From Asterionella formosa (lineage: Eukaryota): a stretch of 38,960 nt of DNA. This document shows positions 1 through 11,283 of this stretch, in pieces (the stretch's first letter is position 1; each line of letters opens with the position of its first letter). Location: the NCBI GenBank assembly GCA_002256025.1, contig NKIB01015001.1, positions 1 through 38,960 on the forward strand, in the 5' to 3' direction. The position numbers and the translations under genes are program-made. The notes under the pieces were generated by a model, which saw only the letters and a list, made by a program, of their open reading frames with translations, was not told where the DNA came from and ran no database searches.

Positions 1-916
1 ATTCTTTGTTGATCGCCTTGATCCACTCTTTCTTGTCTGGTCTTGCCATTGCTTCATCGTAGCTTGTTGGTAATCCTGGATCAGAAGCCAGACTTGCGTT
101 GTACACACAATTCACCTGTGTATTCTTCGTAATTTCCTTCATGTTATCCTCCTCAATAACACCAGGCATCTCAGTATCTCCTGAAATTTTTACAATTTTC
201 GTACTCATAGGATTGAACGATGAGTCCAATCTTCGCATTTCACGTGCCAACTTCGCTTGCTTAGACTGAGCACTTTCCGCACGTTTAGCCTTCACAATTG
301 GGGTATTGGTACCTGTATCTTCGTATTTCGTAGTACCATCTATCTTAGTTGATTGTTCAGTTTTCCTCCCCAATTCTTGCTTGTCATCATCTTCATCTTC
401 ATTATCGGACACTTCTTGAGGTTCGAACTCATCATAAAAATCGTCATGCAATTTTTCATTATCTTCTCGTACTGATATCTCCGTATCCTGTTGGTTGGTG
501 ACTGGTTTGAACATTTTCTCTAGTCCATCTGTTGGTACATTTGTTCCATGCCACTCACTCCACTTTACGTCACGTGTATTGACCACAGTATTTGTCTCAT
601 GATTATACATGCGATACGTATCTGGAGAGTGGTCATCTGAGTATCCCAAAAAGACACACTTGATGGAACGTGCATCTAATTTCTTGACACCTTCTCTTAT
701 AGTAACCCAACCAACACGTCCAAATTGCCTGTAGAGCTTGTAGGGCCGCCTTGCATTCGTTTCTCCATAGAACAAATCATCAGGACTCTTCTTAGTCACT
801 GAATTCACTGTACTGTTCGTCAATCTTGTCGCAGTATGTACAGCTTCTGCCCACAATAGCCCCTGATATTCATCTGTAAACTTCGCACTTAGCATCATAG
901 CGAGTGCTCTCTGACG
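1..916 (-). pseudogene. copia pol fragment: integrase C-terminal part, SH3-like domain and linker to reverse transcriptase (partial, continues beyond window)
   Basis: Manual translation from 916 gives RQRALAMMLSAKF...LWAEAVHTAT...KKLDARSIKCVFLGYSDDHSPDTYRMYN...DPGLPTSYDEAMARPDKKEWIKAINKE. It is joined to the upstream ORF by a frameshift near 916-920. Confidence 0.85.
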
Positions 917-1890
917 CCTGTAACAAAACCACGTTCCACGACACCGTTGTGCTGCAGAGTATGAGGTGCCGTAAATTCCATCTTGACACCTTGGTTTTCA
1001 CATACTTTCTTTAGTTGCTTGGAGTTCTCACCTGCGTCATCACATCGGACAAATTTAGGCTTATGTCCTGCACCTGCGCACACCTTTAAATTTCCAACAA
1101 GTTTCCACCCAAATAATTTCGATGTCTCACGAAGACATTTTTCCCCCACATGTCCAAGCATTTCATGCGCTTCATTTATTTCCACAATCACATCATTATT
1201 TTCGTTCGCGTTTCTTTCCTCGATCGTTTCACATATCGCTCTCGTCGTCCATTCATTCTCGTCTTCTTTAGTATCATAGTCGATGGATTGTTGTGTTGGC
1301 TTCTCGCTTTCTTGTTCAACCTCCAACACCGTTTCCTTTAGAATAGGCGTTCCTCGCACATGGTACATTGCACCAATTGTCGTCGTTTCATCACGTTTGC
1401 AGATCAAAAATCCGTTGTTGTTTTTGATCGTCATCTTATCATCGTCAAACATAACTTTATTTCCCTTGTCAATAATTCTCGAAATGCTGATAATGTTCTG
1501 CTTGAACTCCGGTGCATAGAGCACATTGGTGAGTTTCAACACTTTTCCTTTGTCTGTCGTCGTAAGGGTCATTTTGCCTGATACGGTCGCAACAATTGCT
1601 GCGCCATTTCCCACAAGAACAGTTTCACGCACTGCGCGCTTGTCCTCCATGATGCGCTCATCATTGCATATATGTACCGTAGCACCACTATCTAGGACTA
1701 GCCAATGGTCCTTATGCATGCATGAATGATTTACCTCTTCGTTGTACCTTGCCTCAATACACGTCACCATGAACATTCCTTGCATAGTGGTGTTGGCGTC
1801 TTCTCCCTTCTGTTTGATTGGTGCATTTTGTTGATTGTTGCACTCACTGGCATAGTGCCCAATCTTCTGGTAATTATAACACTTCCACAT
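895..1890 (-). pseudogene. copia pol fragment: second zinc knuckle, aspartic protease, pre-integrase, internally deleted integrase
   Basis: KCYNYQKIGHYASEC (degenerate knuckle), DSGATVH protease, NVLYAPEFKQNIISISRI. The zinc-finger KVC is joined directly to KPKFVRCD, so the first integrase core segment is missing. Frameshifts at both ends. Confidence 0.88.
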
Positions 1891-2704
1891 TCTTTCTCTT
1901 ATTTCGTTGCTCAGGAGTTAATTCTCTCTTTTCTGTAGTATTGCCCTTGCTTCGGCAATCAACTGCCTTGTGGCCATACTTGCCACATTTCCTGCAGTCT
2001 CCATTAAACTTGCTTTTTGAAAAGAAGGCCTGCTCGCCATTCTTACTCGTCTTGGTTTCGTCACGCATATACAAATCGTAATAGTCTCGTACATTCTTCT
2101 TGACCTCTTGGATCGTGAGCTCGGAGCTCGCGAGACCAAATTTTCCAACCACCAAACTCTTGTAGACTTCCGGTAGGTTGTTGATAACGTGGGCCACATT
2201 GGCACCATCCGAAATTGCGGAGCTCGTACGACTCAATCGTTCTCGAATTCTATCCAACTCCACAAACCAAATGTCGGGGTTCTCATTCTCGTTAATCGTG
2301 CATTTTGTCCACTGACCTGACAAGGCAATCACATTTGCCATATTACTTGACTCGTATATAGACACTAACTTGTCCCACGCTTCCTTCGCATTTCCATTGG
2401 GGAACTCTTCACTTCTGGCACCATTTACGTACCCAAATGGTCCGCTCTGACATGCCATAATCAAACTTGCATAGGCAACCGTATTATTTCGTTTCGTACG
2501 CTTCTCATCGTTGTTGCTCGGAACAATCTTCACTCCAGCAGCTGAATCTCTCTCACCTGCTGATACTTCATCTCCATTTAGGATTCCTTCAAAACTTTTG
2601 TAGCAGGCATAGGCCACAAACTTCGCTTTCCAAACGTGCCACTTGGCATCGGTACCATCAAATGTTGGCAACCGCACTCCTGACAATTCGTCATCAATTC
2701 CCAT
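1874..2704 (-). CDS. copia Gag (UBN2-like) with CCHC zinc knuckle; frameshifted at the second knuckle
   Basis: 276-aa ORF: LPTFDG..WHVWKAKF, AKEAWDKL, INNLPEVYKSLV, FNGDCRKCGKYGHKAVDC; ATG lies 36 nt downstream of the LTR. Confidence 0.9.
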   Translation of the reverse strand: MGIDDELSGVRLPTFDGTDAKWHVWKAKFVAYACYKSFEGILNGDEVSAGERDSAAGVKIVPSNNDEKRTKRNNTVAYASLIMACQSGPFGYVNGARSEEFPNGNAKEAWDKLVSIYESSNMANVIALSGQWTKCTINENENPDIWFVELDRIRERLSRTSSAISDGANVAHVINNLPEVYKSLVVGKFGLASSELTIQEVKKNVRDYYDLYMRDETKTSKNGEQAFFSKSKFNGDCRKCGKYGHKAVDCRSKGNTTEKRELTPEQRNKRKNVEVL

Positions 2705-2740
2705 CTTGAGTACCCTTTCAAACCTATCCGCTTTAAAGCG

Positions 2741-3128
2741 TGTTGAAATGGTCCGTACTCCTTCCCGCGGGCTGGGTGTCTCTTCACATAGACTCTTACG
2801 TGATCGTAGTACTAACTAGTACCACTTACTTTCTCTCTTGTCTCTGCTTCTAGCCTTCCTGCTAGATAGACTAATTGACCTTGCTGTCAATTAACACACT
2901 GTTTCCTCGGTTGATAATTATAAGCTAAACTAAATGTTTCCTTTCCATGCATCTTTGCTTCCTGCAAAGTCGTTCTAAGACTCTCTTCGAGTTTCCACTT
3001 AACATTTCCATAGAAATCTTCAATCTTTGATCTCGTTAGACAGCTGATTGACGTGGCAATGCAATATTCGACTCATTCGATTACAATCGAGTCGACAATC
3101 CTTGTGACTCGGGCTAATATTCTTGACA
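2741..3128 (-). repeat. 5' LTR of the copia element (about 388 bp)
   Basis: Begins TGTTGAAAT at 2741 and ends TCTTGACA at 3128 (TG...CA). The first 127 bp match 38834-38960 with 5 substitutions. The right boundary is inferred from the CA terminus and the abrupt switch to a GGTACC array. Confidence 0.85.
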
Positions 3129-3240
3129 CCGGTACCCTGGTACCTGGTACCACATCAGTATCGGTATCGACCTTTGCCACTCGTCTTCGTGCGTAAGAAC
3201 CAGGCAGGTACTTGTATTGTAGTACCGGTGAAGGTTTACT
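3129..3240. repeat. TACCWGG/GGTACC palindromic motif cluster flanking LTR
   Basis: CCGGTACCCTGGTACCTGGTACC directly after the LTR; further GGTAC/GTACCGGT copies follow. Confidence 0.8.
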
Positions 3241-4756
3241 GGAGAGCTACGGTCGGGGTCAGATGCGCGCACAGAGCGACCAGACAAGAATATCTCTCTC
3301 GGTCTGCCAAAAAATGAGTGAATGTACATGTTCATACAGGTAGGTGTATGTATGATTTAAATTTACTCGAATACACATACCTGTATACTTTGTACGTAAA
3401 ATTTATGTAGCGTAGTCCCTGCCTACATTCTTCCTGAAAACAAACTTATGACAAACAGTATGTATGTATACTGGTTCTATTGGCCTGGTGGGTAATAATG
3501 ATTCCTGTTTGGTTTTACCATGCATTTTGCAAATTTTTTCCATTGCCCATTGTTGTTGTGTCATGGCTGGTTCCCATATTACCCCGAATGTATTCTCCTT
3601 CTTGCTGTTATCGCCATCATTGTATTTTCATCCTGCAGTAGAAATAACGTGCATATAAAGTAAAACACTAATCAAATCTAAGGTAATAGAGGAGTATATG
3701 CTACCTACAATATACGAAGTACAGGAACAACTTTGAAGATTATCTGGTAATTTACCATGGGTTCTATGAACATGCCTATGGAAGAGCCGCATTGCTTACA
3801 CGCTTAAGTGTGCTATACCAATTTGTGGAATCAGTATCACCCGATGTGAGAAGAGAAATGGATTGTCCATTAGAGATCATTTCAATTTCTTTCAGTATAA
3901 TTTTATAATTTCAGGTTATGCTTTATATTCATTCATTTTTATCTAGTATTGCCATTGAGGATACCGATACTGTTTAGGCGTTTTCTGGTTAACATGTTAA
4001 ATTAGCCTAATTTCCCTCTGCTAAGAGGACTAAAATTATTTTACATATCCATTGATGAAGATACATATGAAAACAAATAAATGGGTACCAGAATATTTCA
4101 TTATGATCATATGTGTATGAAACATACCAATACCTGGCAGGCACTCAAATGCGACTCCTCCAGTAGTTTTAATTCGACATTGAGAAATTCCTCACGGTTT
4201 CACGCTGGCCCATTCCAGAAATCTCCATGTTTACAGCCCATGCATTTCATACTCTGAATGTACAGAAGTGCAAACAGCTGTGGTAAACATGCATCATATG
4301 AACATACCGTGAACTTCGGTTTTTTTACTTTTTTTACAAGGCCAAATAAACGAGTTGGCCCATTAAAATCCATTGTTTTCAGCATAGTTACAAAACCGAA
4401 GTTCTTTTCTGCCGTTTCTTGCCAGATCCTATACCGGTATCCTGACGATCTATCGCGTTCACCAATACCCCTACTTTGATCTATGACTGTATTTAAGTAT
4501 GTACATGGAAAGGGTGTGTATTGGTGAAAGCTCCGTTTAGCGATATACGTTTATATTTTACCCTAACGATGTCTTTGTTTGATTACTCTGACTCAATATT
4601 ATTTTTTTAACCCTACCTCGAGCTAGGGGTTCAAGTGTGTAATATATGTAAAATGCAAAATATTTTATAAGAAGCAAAAGTTGCCTCCCATCATAAATAT
4701 TATAGTAGGCGCTCCAATATAATTACCCATTCAACAACCAGTCAAAGTGCAGCAGC

Positions 4757-5998
4757 ATGTTAGAAGAAACTAAAAGATTCGAGCTATCAGAAGAAGAGTT
4801 TCAACGAACACTTCAAGACGGCGACGCCGACGCCGAAACTCGCATTCCAATCATCAATCGCCTTGCCGAGGGCAAGAAAACGCCAACATGTGTCATTGTG
4901 GTGGGCATGGCTGGATCAGGCAAGGTTCGTCGTGCATCTGTGTGCAGTATTGATGCCGTCATGTCTGAAGACAGAGTAACACTCAATTATCGTGTTTTCG
5001 TCCAGACAACGTTACTGGCCCAACTCCAGCGGTCACTGGATGCGCCGGTATCAACGGATTTGGAGGCAACTTCATCAGCCGAGAGCGGAGAAGAAAAGAC
5101 GCTTAAGGTCGGATATTGTCTCAATTTGGATCCAGCGACTCTACTAGTTCCTTTCGGAGCTTCAATTGATATTCGTGATACGATTGATTACAAGGTACCG
5201 GTAGTTGCAAACTTCATGTTGATGTTGAGATTGTTTACCGGATACGACCATGCAACAGAATTCAATCTCTCACCTTAACCTTCATTGCATCATTCACAGC
5301 AAGTTATGATTCAGCACAAGCTAGGACCGAACGGAGCCATTATGACATGCCTCAATCTGTTTGCCACAAAATTCGATCAAGTCATGACCATCCTTGAAAA
5401 GCGCTCTGACGATTTGGACTACATCCTTGTGGATACTCCTGGCCAAATTGAAGCCTTCACCTGGTCCGCTAGTGGAACCATCATGGGAGAGGCACTCGCA
5501 TCTGCCTTCCCTACGGTCCTGGCGTTTGTTGTGGATTGTGTCCGATGTGCGTCGTCTCCCAATACCTTCATGAGCAATATGCTCTATGCTTGCTCCATGA
5601 TGTACCGAACAAGATTGCCTCTGGTGGTTGTCTTCAACAAGATTGATGTTGTTCCGCATGAATTTCTGTTGGAATGGATGAAAGATTATGACGTTTTTCA
5701 AGAAGCATTGGACGAGATGCTCGATGAATCGCAGGGATTCTATGGATCTCTTACAAGATCTCTCTCGTTGGTTTTAGATGAATTTTATCGGCAGTTGCAT
5801 TCCTGTGGGGTTTCGGCGGCGACAGGAGATGGAATGGCAGATTTTTGGAGGACAGTAGACATGGCAGCCAAAGATTTTGAAACAGACTATTTGGACGATT
5901 TAAAGAATCGTGTCGACGAACAGAATGCTAAGAAAAAAGCCATGGCGAAGGACAGTCTACGGCGATTGCAAAAGGATCTCTCTCAGGAGGAAAACTAA
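4757..5998 (+). CDS. GPN1: GPN-loop GTPase 1 (XAB1/Npa3); exons 4757-4924, 5006-5194, 5300-5998
   Basis: Walker A GMAGSGK|TT split by GT-AG intron 4925-5005; NLDPA; IDIRDTIDYK|QVM split by intron 5195-5299; LGPNGAIMTCLNLFATKF (GPN loop); DTPGQIEAFTWSASG; FMSNMLYACS; NKID. Confidence 0.95.
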
Positions 5999-8109
5999 TT
6001 CAAGGTGATTTAGCTAATTGGCGTTTGCTCGCTACTAAACTATCTCTTCAGAAACTGAATTGTAATATACTGAAGATTAGAAATTAGATCGTTTGTGGGG
6101 AATGCGAACTGTGTACGCTTTGCCAAATACAATTAACGCCAGTTTCACCTAAACAAACTGCATATTGACACTCAGTATATTGACAAACAGTACACAACTT
6201 AATACAACATTTATGAATAGTCAGAGCTGCATTCCTGTGACTCATCAAATCGTATACTTAGTATATATGTGATTTTTCAAAATTGCAACATTGAACTTCC
6301 TTTTCATAATACTAAGCCCCCAGCAGTCTGTAGCGCTTAGTTCTCAAGGGAATCAAAAGGAACATCCCTTGCCAGAGCTCACATTAATGCAAAGATAAGG
6401 ATATGACCATCACATGACTCTTGTCATTTATTGTTAGTTTTCAGCTTGCTTTGCTGGAATTATTCCTGCAGGTGCAATTGATAAGAGAAAACTACGTTGA
6501 GTCTTGAATTTGGGTTCCAAATGAAATTTGGAGGTTCTGTTCTTGTCCTCTTCTTTGAAACGTCATTGCACGCCAACTTTATTCTTCATCTTCTTAGCTT
6601 TCCTCAGCAAAATATCCAACCCTTCATTATTGATACAACTTCAGAGAGTATTGACCTTGCCAAGGATGAGAATTTGTTTTAGGTGATTTAATATATACTA
6701 CCATTGGTGCACTCTGATACTCAAATGCATTGGACCATGCTTCCTTTTGAGCTTCAACTTGAGTTATTCAAAACTTGTGTTGATCCATTTACACATTGTT
6801 GTAGGAAAAATAAGAATTTCATTGTCATGGATTCAACAACCAAAAAAGGTCTTACCAAATACTCCACTGTTCCATCAGTTGTCTGGCGCTTGGGTTAACA
6901 AGGACCAGTACTCATGGTTCCTATATGATTCTTCAAATTGTTTTCAGATCAAGTTGCGACTCTTTGAGTGTTTCGTTGAGCTCTCAAGCTGGATGATTGT
7001 AAAAGTGCTTCATAAAAATGATGATATCATTGTAAGACTACCAACAGGAGCAAAAACCACTTAACTTTCAACCATGACTAATCAGAAATAGCCTCTAGTA
7101 AAGAATTGTTTAGGAGCAATATGGATAGTAGTATGAAACTGACACACTATTTTTCCATGTATAAAGGCGAGTTTACGAAAGACAAATACAGTACTACTGC
7201 CGCTGATCACAGAATTTAGTGTTATGCAAACTAGTACAGGGATCATCTTTGGGTCCTGATAGTTAATAATTCCTAAAAACGACCAATCCACCTTGACGAA
7301 AGTTGCTATCCAAGCGGCCAGCCAAGCAAAGAAGAACGAACAAATCATTCATATGGGACAGAACCACAAGATATTAAAGAAATCCGATAGAAAGCAACAA
7401 GAGAATGCAGAAAGGCAGGATGAGTTGGAAAAGCATACAAAGATTAATACAGGAGCAGTGAAAAGTGGCAATTGCATGGATGTCGATTTGGTTTTTGATG
7501 CAAACAACACAATTGATAAATTCATGGTGATGGTATCAACACAATACAAGCAGGAGTTGAACCATGCAAAGAAAACAACAGCATGAGAAGATAAGAAGGA
7601 GAAGTTTAACCCCTTTGTCATGACAGTGAGAACAATTACAGTGCAAGAAGAAGAATACAAGAATGGCGATGTGCTAAACATTGACAAGACAGAAGAAGCA
7701 TATAAATAATTAAAGAAGTCACTGATGAAGAAATTGTGCCAGAGCTGGAAGTGCTGCTCAAAGCAATAATTTCATGATGACGAAAACAAAGATGAAAAAC
7801 AATGAGTTGGAAGCCCTGGAATCACCAATTGTTATGGGTACTTCAAATAGAGTGAGCAGAAGTGGTGCCAAAATGGAATCTTTAACCCAATCCACACTCA
7901 CCCTCCAATTCTGCAGCTGACATGATGAGAAGTGAAGTCATAGACAACTGAACCAAGAACAAAGCTACCACAGTTTTTTAACTACATCAAGCACATGAGG
8001 AAGTGAATACCACCCAAGCCTTTCCACCGACCCACCTTATATGGGCCAAGGAGCGCAAAGACGGGAACTCTAGAAATAGAAGAGTAATCTGCGCTATAAA
8101 AAAATAATT

Positions 8110-8880
8110 ATGATTTGAAACTGACCCTGCAACAAGCTGGGAATACAATGTCATAGCACATCAATTTCTACAATGGGTCGACTAATGAAGCAACACTATG
8201 CGCGTTCCAGCGCCCAAAGTCACAACTACAGTTGTAAGGATGATAATGTAATGGTAAGTAAGTACATGAACACCAACAGAGCTGGACAGGAAGCAATACA
8301 TGCCTCATAGCAGTCTAGTACTCTTCTAGTTAGCAAATGAGAGTCCTAAAGCACTTGATATAAGTGAATCTAAATTTATGTGACATCCTTGTTAATTTTT
8401 CTCTTGATGGAAAAATCTATTGCTTATAATTTCATGCACCTGCTGGTGTTCTCCATGACCCAACAATGGGCACTCTGTCATCTAGCTAAATATGATCAAA
8501 TTTAGACTGTTTATGGCAAAACAGGTAAGAAAGTTGTTTCAGACTCTGCAATTGCATCAAAGAAATCTCATGCAATGCTGCCTGAAATCTCATGGAACAA
8601 AAATTGTCATGAATGGAAGTCGTCCTCATCTAAGATTTGGCATTGCCTGCCTGTCAAGCCACTTTAGTCATTCAGCTGTCTGAATAGGAAATCTGGTTTC
8701 TTCCGGGTTCATTTCCCAAGATGACCACAGCATTAATTTCATTAGGAAGTGAAAGGTGAAAGGAAATTAGTCCTCCAAATGATTGTATTACTATACAATT
8801 TTCGTGCCAGGAAAGGTGGTCAGAATGAAATTGCGTCTGTGTACATGCCCTATTTGCACTGGAATGCTAAGAATAGGTAT
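8110..8880 (+). pseudogene. decayed PIF/Harbinger (DDE_Tnp_4-like) transposase
   Basis: Successive remnants across frames and stops: DLKLTLQQAG..FYNG, FSLDGKI...APAGVLHD, VVSDSA, QLSE*...GSFPKM, GERKLVLQMIVLLYNFRARKGGQNEIASVYMP. Motif order matches this family as I recall it. Confidence 0.7.
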
Positions 8881-9159
8881 GCTTACGTCATTGAATGCAA
8901 TTTAATGATTTTTCTAAGGTTATTCGTCATCAACTATTTACTATTTGGGGTTACGGTTAATTGATGTACTGTGCCAACACAAGGATGCCCAGGGCAGTCG
9001 TTTCTGGAATTTGTATTCCAGCCAGAACGCATACCTGTAGATCACATGATATGTCATCGAGTTCTTGATCATGATACAAAATGCCTTACAGGTGGTGAAT
9101 TATAAAAATCCAGAGAAACCGACTGTTGCTTGAGGGCCTGACCACCAAACTAACCAACA

Positions 9160-9777
9160 ATGAGAGAAATACAGGCGTTTATTGATCCGTGTTTCAAACT
9201 TAGAGGAAAGAGAAAACGATGTGAACGCAGTTTCACATTTACAACAGCGTTGAACTCAGCTTTTGACACTCCATTTTCAACTTATCAGCTGACTCTTCCA
9301 ATGTTGCAACCATCATCAATAGTGCTATTGAATGCACTGGATCCTGATGATGTTCTCAGCAAAGAAGATATTATAATTGGCACTGTACTTGGGTTTGCGC
9401 TCGCCTTTCTTTGGTCGTTTATCCAACGAAGGCAGTCCGACACTAACATAGTTTTATGGCGACAGGATTCAGACGAGGAAACGGACAGGTCGACACCATC
9501 CAAGTCAACAACAACGTTTGATGCTGACGATTGGAGAGAAATAAGTCGCGAAGAAAACTACGTATTTTTCAATACGAAAGTACGAAAGCAAATTGCAGGA
9601 CAAGACAAACCGAAATCGTTGAAACACGGGCAGAAGTGGGTTCTTGTGGCTTTAATGGCGCTCTTTGTTCCTATCTTTTCCTTCGAGATCTTTCTGGCAC
9701 TGAGTAGAGGATTATTGTGTGATGATTTACTTTCAGATTGGGACATGGCCCAGGTACTCTGTGCTCCTCACAGATAA
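9160..9777 (+). CDS. hypothetical membrane protein with two hydrophobic segments (true start may be ATG 9301)
   Basis: 205-aa ORF with segments IIIGTVLGFALAFLWSFI and WVLVALMALFVPIFSFEIFLAL and a C-terminal LC..LCAPH; composition looks coding from 9301. Confidence 0.7.
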   Translation: MREIQAFIDPCFKLRGKRKRCERSFTFTTALNSAFDTPFSTYQLTLPMLQPSSIVLLNALDPDDVLSKEDIIIGTVLGFALAFLWSFIQRRQSDTNIVLWRQDSDEETDRSTPSKSTTTFDADDWREISREENYVFFNTKVRKQIAGQDKPKSLKHGQKWVLVALMALFVPIFSFEIFLALSRGLLCDDLLSDWDMAQVLCAPHR

Positions 9778-9879
9778 CATAAAATTCGCGAAGTAGTATG
9801 AGCGGACAGGTAAAATCTAACATTTTTCGCAAGATCGCACAGTACTTGGTACATTCTTCAGATGCCATGTACTGTATTA

Positions 9880-11283
9880 TTAATTCATATGTAATTGCGA
9901 ATCTCGTTTGGGAGAGTCTTTTTGGACCTTAGTAACAATCTTGATAGGACGGACTTTCGTTTCTCCGAGACGCTTTAAAAGCACTTTACCAAGAAGCTCG
10001 GCTGGAGTGCCAAAACCGTCATCACTGATTCCAGGTAAATTCGATCGGTCCCACACCAAAGCCAGTGCAGCCTCGGACACAACTTGGGCAGTAACAAGAT
10101 TCCCAGGGTCTCCTTGGAAACCCATATAGCATGTACCTCTATCGACACGGCCATCTGCTGTTGGAGCAGCCGCTTTGGTAGTTACTTCCGCATACACCTC
10201 GGTATAACACGCCTTGTTAAAGGCATCTGGTGCACCACTTCCAGGCGGAAAGAACCGGTCTGCGATCTTCTTTCCAAACACGGGGAAACCCAAAATGCAC
10301 CCAACAGCAACGAGTACAAACAAGTATATGGCCGCAGGAATGACTGAGAAAATCCCAAGCATACGGGTAAGCTTGAAGCCTAAAGGATATAATCGCTCCC
10401 TATAGGTGAATTCTTTTCCATAACCGAGTGCCACAGCGCTAGCAAGCACGACCTTGGCATTCACAACTGCCATGAAAAAAGGGGCACTCACACCGTAGCC
10501 TGTGTTACTTTCAAGTGCAGGCAGCTGATTCGCCCACTCAGCCGCTGCCATGTTGGCCTTCAAAACTTCAAAATCTGGATTGAAACGGACCTTCTTTGGG
10601 TCAGCCAAAAGCAATGGGTCGTCCATAAAATAAGGCACCTTGCGCAATCCTCCTGTTTTTGACAAGATCATTCCCCAAAAATCAAATGGCATCGCAAGTG
10701 CACTTTGAACAGTTCCTCCATTCACGGCTCCCTTTCCCGCATGCCAAGTTGTTCCCTCCTCAATCACTACATCAGACCCACGGATATCACGCAGAGCGTC
10801 GACAGCTGCAAAGATGGAAAGGTCACTCGGAATCGAATCGAATCCACAGAGAGAAATAATACGAGAACCAGAACTTTTGGAGAGATCTCCAAACTGAAGA
10901 CGCATCTTCGCCACCCAAAAGGTTTCTCCCGTAATATCTACGTAGTCTGCTCCAGTCTGAGCACATGCCGCCACAACGTTAGTTGCGTAATGCTGGAACG
11001 GACCAGCACAGCAAATTACGACTCTGGAGCGTTCCGCCATCTTCGTGAGTCCAGGGGCATCACATGAATCGGCAGTGAAAATGTCGACACTGCTCTGTTG
11101 TTGATCCAACGAATCTTTACGAGCTTCCAACGTTGATTTGTTCCGTCCTGCCAATGTGAGCTTAATGGGCTTCGATTCAGCTACAGCAACAGCGAGGAGA
11201 TATTGGCAAATGTATTTACCAACGTATCCAGTGGCGCCATAGACTGTAATGTCTGTTTCAATTTTGCCAATGTCACGAGGCAT
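9880..11283 (-). CDS. saccharopine dehydrogenase-like oxidoreductase (SCCPDH / trans-acting enoyl reductase family)
   Basis: Rossmann motif VYGATGYVG, LAGRN, CAGPF, DYVDITGE, CGFDSIPSD, GDPG, GFGTPA. The ORF is open to 11400 but the likely start is ATG 11283. Confidence 0.9.
   Translation of the reverse strand: MPRDIGKIETDITVYGATGYVGKYICQYLLAVAVAESKPIKLTLAGRNKSTLEARKDSLDQQQSSVDIFTADSCDAPGLTKMAERSRVVICCAGPFQHYATNVVAACAQTGADYVDITGETFWVAKMRLQFGDLSKSSGSRIISLCGFDSIPSDLSIFAAVDALRDIRGSDVVIEEGTTWHAGKGAVNGGTVQSALAMPFDFWGMILSKTGGLRKVPYFMDDPLLLADPKKVRFNPDFEVLKANMAAAEWANQLPALESNTGYGVSAPFFMAVVNAKVVLASAVALGYGKEFTYRERLYPLGFKLTRMLGIFSVIPAAIYLFVLVAVGCILGFPVFGKKIADRFFPPGSGAPDAFNKACYTEVYAEVTTKAAAPTADGRVDRGTCYMGFQGDPGNLVTAQVVSEAALALVWDRSNLPGISDDGFGTPAELLGKVLLKRLGETKVRPIKIVTKVQKDSPKRDSQLHMN

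Larger units (their letters stand above)
1..3128 (-). mobile_element. Ty1/copia LTR retrotransposon (5' LTR, gag, protease, integrase; RT runs off the left edge), defective
   Basis: Minus-strand domain order gag (CX2CX4HX4C knuckle CRKCGKYGHKAVDC), protease (LVLDSGATVH), GAG-pre-integrase (AHEMLGH), integrase core (VRCDDAGEN...NGVVER), CVFLGYS SH3-like region, then PTSYDEAM..W linker before RT. Integrase before RT is diagnostic of copia. The LTR is recognised from a second copy at 38834. Confidence 0.95.

Noticed and set aside
1874..1890. Programmed gag-pol frameshift
   Set aside because: The shift falls at a zinc knuckle that also has a Cys-to-Tyr change, and another frameshift occurs downstream; decay is more likely.
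3334..3386. 16-bp inverted repeat (one mismatch, 21-nt spacer) as terminator or MITE
   Set aside because: Real but isolated and low-complexity; no function supportable.
6480..7900. Short ORFs as genes
   Set aside because: Fragmented by stops with no motif I can recognise; probably decayed TE but not assignable.
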